This document shows positions 17,526 to 25,356 of a DNA stretch of 34,743 bases, in pieces. The stretch's first letter is position 1; the number at the start of each line of letters is the position of its first letter. The stretch is taken from positions 1 through 34,743 of the IMG/VR virus record IMGVR_UViG_3300020045_006524; one strand, written 5' to 3'. The notes below the pieces were generated by a model. The model saw only the letters and a list, made by a program, of their open reading frames with translations, ran no database searches and had not been told where the DNA came from. A program made the position numbers and the translations under genes. Source of the DNA: a virus. Lineage: Duplodnaviria > Caudoviricetes.

Positions 17526-18469
17526 TGTATGATTATGTTGAGCAGCTCCTTAGCCGCTTGTGGTGAATAATCCCGTGTGAAATCTGATATGTCCTTACTG
17601 CCAGTTTCAACCGGCACGTATATCTTGTTGTAAGGGTACCATTCCCCACGGTGTTTCATGTCATTGTCAAACAATACCAGCTTCTGCTTGTAGTGGGCAT
17701 CAGCCCAGTTGAAGAAGCTCTCCGGCATTGGTGTGTTCTCACTTCTGGGACTCACTGCATCATACCCGTAGCTTCTCAGGCACATTACGTCCTTCATGCT
17801 CTTGGTGATAATCAATGGGCCATTGTAAGTGAGCTGTTCCATTCCCAATACATGATGCTCCTGCATATCATTTCTTAACTTCTTACCCTTTGGTTTATCC
17901 GGGAAGTACAGTTGATACCTGTCATACACACGATAAACATAAGAGAGCCCCGATGTAAACACCGGAACTCTCTGAGATGGGTTTAGCCAATAACAATATA
18001 ATGCTGAAGTCTTGTACTGATTGAGAATGTCCTTGCTGATATTAAACTTTTCCCACCATTGCAGATCTTCCTGTCTGAAGTTCCTTGTCCTGATTCTATA
18101 GTCTGCATCTGATCTGATTTGTGGTACCTGTTTAATAACTTTCTCCCTTGCAGGAGCTCCCGGGCCTAAGTCGAAATCACTCATTACCCTGGCCAGCACT
18201 TCTCTACTTGTCTCATATCCGTATAACCGTTTTATCAGCTTGAATACATCTCCGCTATCTCCGTTCGCCCCACTATCTTTCCACATGAACTCCCTGTTTG
18301 GTTTCTTACAGTTGTAGATTCCAAAGGAGGGAGCTTCATCCCCGTCACGGAGAGGAGAATTGTAGTTCACTCTGATCTCAGGCTCAAATTCCAGGTAGTG
18401 ACAGTACAGTGTGTATTCGTCAATATGCTGAAGGAGGACTTCCTCATCAGCTAAGAATCCAAGCATCAT
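17522..18469 (-). CDS. DNA primase (TOPRIM)
   Basis: N-terminal SPLRDGDEAPSF...WKDSG...GDVF; TOPRIM-like IITKSMKDVMCL and LVLFDND; KDISDF. Confidence 0.8.
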   Translation of the reverse strand: MMLGFLADEEVLLQHIDEYTLYCHYLEFEPEIRVNYNSPLRDGDEAPSFGIYNCKKPNREFMWKDSGANGDSGDVFKLIKRLYGYETSREVLARVMSDFDLGPGAPAREKVIKQVPQIRSDADYRIRTRNFRQEDLQWWEKFNISKDILNQYKTSALYCYWLNPSQRVPVFTSGLSYVYRVYDRYQLYFPDKPKGKKLRNDMQEHHVLGMEQLTYNGPLIITKSMKDVMCLRSYGYDAVSPRSENTPMPESFFNWADAHYKQKLVLFDNDMKHRGEWYPYNKIYVPVETGSKDISDFTRDYSPQAAKELLNIIIQ

Positions 18470-18480
18470 AGGTGTAGGTA

Positions 18481-19215
18481 TTAGGACTGTGGAGCAAACG
18501 GATTGGCATCAACTGCAGCTGTCTGCTTGGCTTCTGCTGTACCAGCTGAGATAGGAGTGCCATCATTCAGCCCTTCCTTGATCTCATACGGAGAGAACTT
18601 AACCCGGCTCTGATCTTTTGGCACTGCCATCAGTTCAATGAACGGGTTATCAGAAATGAACCTGCTGGGAATTGAAGCGTAATGCTTGTCCTTCGACTGA
18701 CGGATCAGCTTGAAGCGAACAGCATTGCTCACATCATTCAGGAACGGTGTGATCAGGCGGATGAACTCAGCAGCGATGTTGTCATAGATGCGATTCAGTA
18801 CATCCTGATCCAGGATACGTGCTTCAAAGCTGGCAGCATCAGTGATACCAGTGTTGGCAAACTGCACATCAACTGTCTCCAGGGTAATGTTGTCAACCGG
18901 AATGAATTGCTCCAATATCTGTCCCAGCTGTTTGTGCAGCTTAGTCAGGTCAAGGCCAATCAGTTCCTTCTTCTTCTCCGGAGTCTGGTCATCTTTCTTA
19001 GGCAACAACGGGCCAAAGATGCTCAGTTTGAAAGATAGATTTCCTTCTTCTGCTGTCCGGGCAGTTAACAGCGTATCAAATACACTCTTCTTTACTACGC
19101 CCAGCTTGTCTGCTTCAATAAGCTCAATTTCAAGACGCTTCTTGTCATTGATTACAGCAGATTTGATCACGATGTTGTCCCAGATACCTACCGGGCTTCC
19201 TTGCGTTAGACTCAT
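18481..19215 (-). CDS. Putative single-stranded DNA-binding protein
   Basis: Next to primase and near an AAA_24 ATPase; flexible tail ending DANPFAPQS; start at 19215 overlaps the GIY-YIG stop (ATGA). Function inferred from context. Confidence 0.45.
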   Translation of the reverse strand: MSLTQGSPVGIWDNIVIKSAVINDKKRLEIELIEADKLGVVKKSVFDTLLTARTAEEGNLSFKLSIFGPLLPKKDDQTPEKKKELIGLDLTKLHKQLGQILEQFIPVDNITLETVDVQFANTGITDAASFEARILDQDVLNRIYDNIAAEFIRLITPFLNDVSNAVRFKLIRQSKDKHYASIPSRFISDNPFIELMAVPKDQSRVKFSPYEIKEGLNDGTPISAGTAEAKQTAAVDANPFAPQS

Positions 19216-19880
19216 TTTTTGCATTTTATATTGTGAATAATGTATCCATTAATTGCGGAGAATGGAAGATCTCCTGCCACTACTTTTACGACTGTGCGTT
19301 TTTTAATTCCAAGATGCTCAGCTACAGTTTTAGAACTATAGTAAGTTCCTTTAAAGGACATTGTACCACGTTCAAATAAGTAGTAAAGTGTTTGTTTTGG
19401 GTGAACCCTTGTAGCCATATACTCCCTACGCTTTTGATTTGAGGCTTCAGAATTTTTATGCCCTTTTAAACTGCTTGAAATTCTATCTCGCATCTCTTGA
19501 GGAATAACTTTACCCTTATGTCTTTTTGATGTGGCTTGTCTCATTTTATCACTCTTTAAATGTGGAGAAACAAACCCGTACATTCCCCCACCTCCTTCAG
19601 TTTGATTAGTAAGTGAAAACCCCCAAGCTCGACACTGTGCAATCCAATACTGTTCATCTCTTGTAAAATCACTAACTGAAGATTCTTCTACTACTTCCAT
19701 TATGGGGCGTAACCCCGCCTTGCGTAAAGAGTACAACCAATTAGTAGTATGAGTCCTAACTTTAGGGCGCATACAATCTGAACAATGATTTGCGAAGCGT
19801 CGTTTAAGATGAGAGGTTTTCCCAACGTATCTGATTTCTCCTGTCAAAGGATGCGATAAAGTATAGATATAAACTACCAT
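19212..19880 (-). CDS. Free-standing GIY-YIG homing endonuclease with NUMOD3-like repeats and C-terminal HTH
   Basis: YIYTL...RYVGKT...RFANH, EQYWI, LTNQTEGG; HKGKVIPQEMRDRISSSLKGHKNSEASNQKR; AT-rich. Confidence 0.85.
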   Translation of the reverse strand: MVVYIYTLSHPLTGEIRYVGKTSHLKRRFANHCSDCMRPKVRTHTTNWLYSLRKAGLRPIMEVVEESSVSDFTRDEQYWIAQCRAWGFSLTNQTEGGGGMYGFVSPHLKSDKMRQATSKRHKGKVIPQEMRDRISSSLKGHKNSEASNQKRREYMATRVHPKQTLYYLFERGTMSFKGTYYSSKTVAEHLGIKKRTVVKVVAGDLPFSAINGYIIHNIKCKK

Positions 19881-19893
19881 AATATTATGTGAT

Positions 19894-19928
19894 AAAAATG
19901 GGCAGGGAAGTAGTTGTACTCCCTGCCC
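19894..19928 (-). terminator. Intrinsic terminator just upstream of the GIY-YIG gene
   Basis: GGGCAGGG-AGTA/TACT-CCCTGCCC stem followed by ATTTTT on the minus strand. Confidence 0.7.
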
Positions 19929-19994
19929 GAAAAAGACGTCTAAGCTACTGGTGAAATGAGGCGATACCTAATCCCACTTATAGAGCTTACATCC

Positions 19995-20762
19995 TTACAA
20001 TTGTACCGGTGCGAATGGAGATAGATCATTCACAAGCACTTCGTTTTCAGCAGAAGGCTCTGCTACCAGGTCGGTAGTGTTTCCAACTGATTCAGCCTCA
20101 GGCGCTTCCTTCACATCTACCATTACAGCAGGCAGGAATGCGTAGAACTGAGGAGCTTCACGACGCTGGGTAGTTACCTGGCCCTTGTCCTTTCCACGGC
20201 TTACGCTCTTTGGAATGTAAGTTACAGGCTTACCTGCCCATGGCTCACCGGTGGATGGGTTAGCTACGAACAGCATGTCCACATACTCCACACCTTCAAC
20301 AGCAGGCTGATCGTCCTTAGCTGACTTAGCGAAGGTGATGCCATAGATAGCTTCGATGGCCGGGATCAGATCATCGGCACCAAAAGTCTTACTACCCTGA
20401 TCCAGTACAGATGCTTTAGGCTTACCTGCTTCATCGTAAGTAGTGCTGCCAAACAGATCCACTTTAGGAAGTGTCTTGCTCACTGCGCTGATGATTAAGA
20501 TACGGTTGTCCTTACCGATGCTGAAAGACGGGTACAGATCAGTGTCAATGACATCAAATCCCATGGTACCTTTCTCGGCTCCCTTGTCGGTGTACTCCAG
20601 ATTGAACTTCTCAATAAGTTCTGTGGATGGAAACACACTTCCATCTCTGAATACACGAATAGCCAATCCTTCAGGATTGCGTTGCTTACGAGGTCCGCCT
20701 GTGCGTCCTGTGGTCTTTTCAGCTACATCCAAGATGGTAACTGTGTTCAAAAAGTCTAACAT
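19995..20762 (-). CDS. Hypothetical phage protein with acidic tail
   Basis: 255-aa ORF ending in an acidic disordered tail NDLSPFAPVQL. Confidence 0.75.
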   Translation of the reverse strand: MLDFLNTVTILDVAEKTTGRTGGPRKQRNPEGLAIRVFRDGSVFPSTELIEKFNLEYTDKGAEKGTMGFDVIDTDLYPSFSIGKDNRILIISAVSKTLPKVDLFGSTTYDEAGKPKASVLDQGSKTFGADDLIPAIEAIYGITFAKSAKDDQPAVEGVEYVDMLFVANPSTGEPWAGKPVTYIPKSVSRGKDKGQVTTQRREAPQFYAFLPAVMVDVKEAPEAESVGNTTDLVAEPSAENEVLVNDLSPFAPVQL

Positions 20763-20775
20763 AATTATAGTTGAT

Positions 20776-21291
20776 TTATAAATCCGTGAGTGATAATTCC
20801 ACCTTGAGATGATTCCAAGGTTTAGTTAATTTGCCTGCTGAATCGAGAAGAAGAAACACTCCATTCCTTGGTAATACCGTAGACTGTGTAAATCCTTTTG
20901 CTCTTGCAGTGTCCTGAGCATGTTCAATAGAACTATGAGCTTTACTCATATTGTTCTGATGAACCAGGTCAAAGTTCTTATCAAAAATGTGATGCATCCC
21001 AGCTGTGATGATCTTACCATTGAGTACATACTGAATATCACATAATGCGTCAAGCTCTTCAAGCCGATCGACGTCGTCTCCATCTGTTCCGGCACCATCT
21101 TCTAAATGTCCAGAACATAATTCTGATAAAGTATATCTGCAGTCACTGGCTTGTGCTAACTCCTGCAATTCCTCAAACAGCAGACGTATTCTAAGTTGTC
21201 TCATAGCCAATGGTTCCAGCTCGTTAATATTCCCAACTCCCTGGTCAAACACCTGCTGGAATTCAAGGACTTGCTCTAATGATTTGTTCAT
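20776..21291 (-). CDS. MazG-like / PRA-PH nucleotide pyrophosphohydrolase
   Basis: LRIRLLFEELQEL, EELDALCDIQYV, VHQNNMSK and GKLTKP motifs. Confidence 0.85.
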   Translation of the reverse strand: MNKSLEQVLEFQQVFDQGVGNINELEPLAMRQLRIRLLFEELQELAQASDCRYTLSELCSGHLEDGAGTDGDDVDRLEELDALCDIQYVLNGKIITAGMHHIFDKNFDLVHQNNMSKAHSSIEHAQDTARAKGFTQSTVLPRNGVFLLLDSAGKLTKPWNHLKVELSLTDL

Positions 21292-21293
21292 AG

Positions 21294-22049
21294 CTATGCA
21301 GTTTGAGCAACAGCAGGAGTAGTTACGTCTGCTGGCGATTTAACAATGGGTTTAATCTCCTCTCCGGTTTCGTAAGCAATGATTGCATTGCGTACAAACT
21401 GTAGATCATTGGGTATTTCCTTCTCAGGAAACATGCCTCTTGGAGACTTGCAGGTATCATTGCCATTGGTCTGGGTAGCGAAGACATACTTCATCTCTCC
21501 ATCATTGGCTTTCTTTACCTTGTTGAACAATACGATAGTGAACAGACCCTCAACTGTAAGCTTCTCATCTACCATCTTACCAATGGTTTTGGCTTTCAGC
21601 TTACGCCGGCCTTCCAAATCTAAGCTCTCTTCTGCATGAGTAAGAAAGAATACCATCAGGTCTTCCCTGAGTACCCGGGGCTTCTTCACAATCATTGCCA
21701 GGTTAGCTCCGATCTTGGTGAACTTTTCAAAGCCCTTCTCATCAATCTTGTCAAAGAATTCAAATGAGGACATGTACTGAAAGTCATCCACCACGATGTT
21801 TTTGATGTGAGGCATGTTAGAAGAAATGAAATCCATGCAGCTTGCAATTACAGCAGGCGATGCTGTAGCATACAAATTACCTGTAGGATTCTTTGAGGCG
21901 TCCCACGCCAGGTACTTAGACTTCCATCCTTTGAACGGCAGTGACTTATTCACTACGTTGATGATAAAGGTCTCTTTGGGATCGAGTGATTCTACACTCG
22001 TTGATTTGCCCGAACCGGATTCACCGATTATCAGGATGCTTTGTGCCAT
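21294..22049 (-). CDS. AAA_24 / Sak4-like P-loop ATPase
   Basis: Walker A GESGSGKS, Walker B IVVDDFQY, FLTH, CKSPRGMF. Confidence 0.8.
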   Translation of the reverse strand: MAQSILIIGESGSGKSTSVESLDPKETFIINVVNKSLPFKGWKSKYLAWDASKNPTGNLYATASPAVIASCMDFISSNMPHIKNIVVDDFQYMSSFEFFDKIDEKGFEKFTKIGANLAMIVKKPRVLREDLMVFFLTHAEESLDLEGRRKLKAKTIGKMVDEKLTVEGLFTIVLFNKVKKANDGEMKYVFATQTNGNDTCKSPRGMFPEKEIPNDLQFVRNAIIAYETGEEIKPIVKSPADVTTPAVAQTA

Positions 22050-22055
22050 GTGTTC

Positions 22056-22331
22056 TTATTTAGGTGAATTGAAAGACAGACATACGTTTTCTATCCTTTT
22101 AGCTTCTGTGATATAAAAATTGATTCCGGAACTCATTGGGTCGAGTGGCATGTCGTAGAACATACCTGAGATGGGATTCATGAACAGTGGAATCATGCGG
22201 TCTGCTGGTCCGTAACGGTTCTTCATGAGGTAGAGGGCTATGAAATACTGACCAATATCTTCCATACTGTAGCCCATGAACGTCTTGAGATTGTACTGTA
22301 TCGGTTTCACTAAACCGAATACGAGATCCGC
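22056..22331 (-). CDS. dnaB: DnaB-like replicative helicase, exon 2 (ADLVFGLVKP...LMKNRYG)
   Basis: Contains the KNRYG arginine-finger motif; joins exon 1 in frame to give ...YTFRD|ADLVFGL. Confidence 0.88.
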   Translation of the reverse strand, partial: ADLVFGLVKPIQYNLKTFMGYSMEDIGQYFIALYLMKNRYGPADRMIPLFMNPISGMFYDMPLDPMSSGINFYITEAKRIENVCLSFNSPK

Positions 22332-23498
22332 CATTGTTATTATCGCCCAGGCTCTTTATCCTGTGCTTCTGTAGTTTCATCAGTTATATCTACAGTTTAG
22401 ACTATATCTTCATTGTCAAATGACAATGCCCCGCTTTCGTGTGAGAATTATTGTCCGGTCTGGACTCACTCTTAGTCGTTGCACCTTTCCAATGCATTCC
22501 TGCAAAGGCTTGGCTCAGGATTACCTTACTCTAAGGCTTCCCCTGAATTAACGGAGTTACGTGACTGCGGTGTAGTTTGTATTGCATTGAAGGGATCATA
22601 TGAGGTAAAACAAGGTTAGCAAAATGTTGTGCTGACCTCTTTTTGATATAAACCATTCCTGATTTAGGAATAGTAATTTCAATATTAAACTTTTTGAAAA
22701 TCTGCCAAAGTATATGATGATGTTTAAAACATTGAGTAGCTATATAGTACCCTCCAGACTTTCCTAAAAATCCATCATCCATAAACCAAACTGCTAAAGA
22801 CAATTCTGAGACACACATCGGAAGAGAAGGACTAAGTTCTTTATACCCATTGCTATAAAACATATCATACATCCAGTTTAATTCTGAATTTGCATAAATA
22901 CTTGCGTCAGCAGATGAATAGTAGATTCCAGTTCTTTTATCAACGGTCTTGCGTTTATAGATTACCATATCCGAACAAAGAGGTTTTAATTCTTTAACTT
23001 TCCACTCAGTGTATGGTATTTGAGCAATTCCTTGAGAAATTCGTCCGGTAGTATTCGCATTATCTCTCCTTAAATGACCATCTCCAAGAGTATGTCCAAT
23101 TAGAATTTCTAATTGTCTTTGTGTGTACCCTACAGGTTTACTATAAATCATTGAAGGTCTTTCCAGTTTATAAAATTTTCTAGCTTGATGTATTGTTCTA
23201 GCATCGTAGCCAATAATATCTGCGATCTTATAATCACTCAATCCTTGTTCAACCAAAGGTTGTAAAGTCTCAAGTTTAATTGCAGTTTGTTTAATATGAA
23301 CTCCATTGATTGTTACTCCTTGATTTGAAAAAAGACCTAATGCCTTTTTCCTATTTCGAATTGTCTCTGCATTGCAATTAAAGTAAACTGCAATTTTAGA
23401 ATTCGATAAACCACGAGTGTGTAATAACATCAATCTTTTAGAGTTAATTTCAAGTTTTACCATAATGCAAAATTACATTACAAACTATTCGATTTTCT
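22332..23498 (-). mobile_element. Group I self-splicing intron (1167 nt) in dnaB
   Basis: Exon 1 ends in U (23499) and the intron ends in G (22332); P AAUUCAGGGGAA (22538-22549), Q AAUCCUGAGC (22513-22522), R GUGCAACGACUA (22473-22484), S AAGAUAUAGUCU (22399-22410); P3 CUCCGUU/AGCGGGG; P8 CAUUGUCA/UGACAAUG; IGS GUCACG pairs with exon end CGUGAU. Confidence 0.93.
22531..23463 (-). CDS. Intron-encoded LAGLIDADG homing endonuclease with two N-terminal HTH-like repeats
   Basis: EILIGHTLGDGHL and LSLAVWFMDDG motifs; repeats GLSNSKIA...ETIRNRKKALGL and GLSDYKIA...RTIHQARKFYKL. Confidence 0.9.
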   Translation of the reverse strand: MVKLEINSKRLMLLHTRGLSNSKIAVYFNCNAETIRNRKKALGLFSNQGVTINGVHIKQTAIKLETLQPLVEQGLSDYKIADIIGYDARTIHQARKFYKLERPSMIYSKPVGYTQRQLEILIGHTLGDGHLRRDNANTTGRISQGIAQIPYTEWKVKELKPLCSDMVIYKRKTVDKRTGIYYSSADASIYANSELNWMYDMFYSNGYKELSPSLPMCVSELSLAVWFMDDGFLGKSGGYYIATQCFKHHHILWQIFKKFNIEITIPKSGMVYIKKRSAQHFANLVLPHMIPSMQYKLHRSHVTPLIQGKP

Positions 23499-24407
23499 AT
23501 CACGAAAGGTATAAGAGCTGTCCCCAAAGTCCAAACGTTGGGGCGCAATTGCTACCTCTGATTTTTTCTGCTCTCTATACGCTGACATCATTGAAGTGGA
23601 GAACTGCTGGATCTGGATAAGCGTAGTGCCAAAGATGTTCCTCAGTTGTACGCTATACATACTCCATCTGTCCATGATCTGCTTGGTAGTGGTGCAACCT
23701 CCTTCCACATTGATAAGAGCTAAGTGATCAACAATGACCAGAGTCATAGCTGAAGGATCGTTGGCTTTGTAGCTTCTGATCATTCCCTTCTTATGGGAAC
23801 CTTTAGGCTCATCTCTGACAACAGTTCCAATCTTCTCATAGTGCTCTTCTACCAGCTTATTCAGCATTCCTGTGGGATGAAGCATGTGGTCAATCATAGT
23901 CACATCTTTCATCACTTCCTCAACAATGGTGTATGCACGCATCACCAGCCGCAGATGCTCTTTAGTCAACAGCAGACCGGGTATTCTACCCATCACATAG
24001 TCAGTGGAGAGATCAATGTTGTTGACAGCTTTGATCCACTGACATACCCACTTAGCCTTCTTCTCTACAGCAGACAGTTCAAAGGAGAAGTACTTGATAT
24101 ACAACTTCATTCCTTTGAGCTTAGCTGCTCTCCACAGGGAGTAGAAGTACATGAAGTCAGCTATTGTAGTCTTACCCACGCCGCTATCAGCGCCGATGAG
24201 GATGTATCTTGCCCGGTGTGTTCCGTGTATGTGAGCATTGATATTCTTCATCCCGTTATCAAGTCCCTCATTCAATCCTTCCATACCACGTTTCACCTGA
24301 GCAATGAGTCCATTGTCCTCTTCATACTCATCCCACTGCTGTTCCAGTTCTGCCCACTCCACTTCATCATCTGGTAGTTGCCAGATCACTTTAGGTTGTT
24401 CACTCAT
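23499..24407 (-). CDS. dnaB: DnaB-like replicative helicase, exon 1 (spliced product 394 aa)
   Basis: Walker A GADSGVGKT, YFSFEL, Walker B VIVDH, IQQF, PQRLDFGDS. Confidence 0.88.
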
Positions 24408-24640
24408 AGTAGAATCAGTGGTTTAGTAAGCTTTTTTGGGACTTGGGTTATAGATAAAAATGAGTACACTTCAGACCAAATCATATCGTACCCTCCAGCA
24501 GTATTACAAGCTTTCAACAGATTGGCTGCTTTCAATTTCACATCGTTTTTGGAATGATTTGTAGCAATCTTCAACAGCAAATTCCAGTACGTGTAACGGT
24601 ATTTATCCGAGCTTGAATCTGCTGAATTCTGTGTTGTCAT
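24404..24640 (-). CDS. Hypothetical protein
   Basis: 78-aa ORF; stop overlaps the dnaB start (ATGA). Confidence 0.55.
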   Translation of the reverse strand: MTTQNSADSSSDKYRYTYWNLLLKIATNHSKNDVKLKAANLLKACNTAGGYDMIWSEVYSFLSITQVPKKLTKPLILL

Positions 24641-25151
24641 CTATCTCTTTTTGAATGTGATTAACAATTGTTCCATCTTCCGCTGATGCCAGCAATGCTT
24701 CATAGTCACTTCTCCACGCACCATCAGCTATGTAATTCCCAATCTTGAGTGGGTACTGTCTCCTGGTCTTGTAGTAGAGCATTGTACTCTTTACCAACAC
24801 AGGATATTTCACTCCACTCTCGATTGCTTTTCTGAACGCTTTCATTGCTGGTTCAGAGTACTTGTTGAGATCGTACCGGCCACTCCCGCCTTCTCCATAA
24901 GAAGGCACTTCAGCTTCCTTGATGAAGTTGAGATAGAGTTGTGGCCAATCAGAGATCGCCGTCTGGAGTATCGGGACTGAGGAAGAACCCTCCTCTAAAA
25001 CTCTCGGCTTCCCGTTCACTACCAGCAGGCCCACTTCCTTCCCCGTCATCTCCTTGTTGAACTTCGCTGTCACCTTGTACTTTCCCTTGATCGAGACCAG
25101 GTAGCCCTGTTCCATCAGTTGCTGGACTGTTTCCTTGAGGTTCATCTGCAA
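24603..25151 (-). CDS. Hypothetical protein with winged-helix-like N-terminus upstream of dnaB
   Basis: LMEQGYLVSIKGKYKVT wing-like pattern; position suggests a replication role (inference). Confidence 0.7.
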   Translation of the reverse strand: MQMNLKETVQQLMEQGYLVSIKGKYKVTAKFNKEMTGKEVGLLVVNGKPRVLEEGSSSVPILQTAISDWPQLYLNFIKEAEVPSYGEGGSGRYDLNKYSEPAMKAFRKAIESGVKYPVLVKSTMLYYKTRRQYPLKIGNYIADGAWRSDYEALLASAEDGTIVNHIQKEIDDNTEFSRFKLG

Positions 25152-25356
25152 ATAGAGTTTTAAAGTAATCTTCTTGTCCAGGCATTATTGAAATACGTTT
25201 CTCAAACAGTAATTGCTTAATAAATTTTGTAGACATACTGAGTACAAAGTCTTTCTTCACATAATTTACTCCTTCAGGATGGGTTTCGCTTACAATATTT
25301 AAAACATCTAATGCATCAAACTCTTCTTGAGTTTTATCATATTTGATTGTTATCAT
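24949..25356 (-). CDS. Hypothetical protein; last 203 nt overlap the next gene
   Basis: ATG overlaps the SF2 helicase stop; fills the 25152-25352 gap. Confidence 0.5.
   Translation of the reverse strand: MITIKYDKTQEEFDALDVLNIVSETHPEGVNYVKKDFVLSMSTKFIKQLLFEKRISIMPGQEDYFKTLFADEPQGNSPATDGTGLPGLDQGKVQGDSEVQQGDDGEGSGPAGSEREAESFRGGFFLSPDTPDGDL

Noticed and set aside
19212-19994. Group I intron around the GIY-YIG gene
   Set aside because: No P/Q/R/S core elements; both flanking genes appear complete
22056-22334. 92-aa ORF as an independent gene
   Set aside because: Its ATG is the 3' end of the group I intron; the sequence is dnaB exon 2
22099-22380. 93-aa alternative-frame ORF spanning the intron 3' end
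   Set aside because: Overlaps the intron 3' structure and dnaB exon 2 in another frame; no recognisable protein features
23793-24377. 194-aa plus-strand ORF and other antisense ORFs (e.g. 8923-9405, 18842-19240, 27717-28112, 3611-4039)
   Set aside because: They lie opposite well-supported genes and have no recognisable motifs; consistent with antisense shadow ORFs
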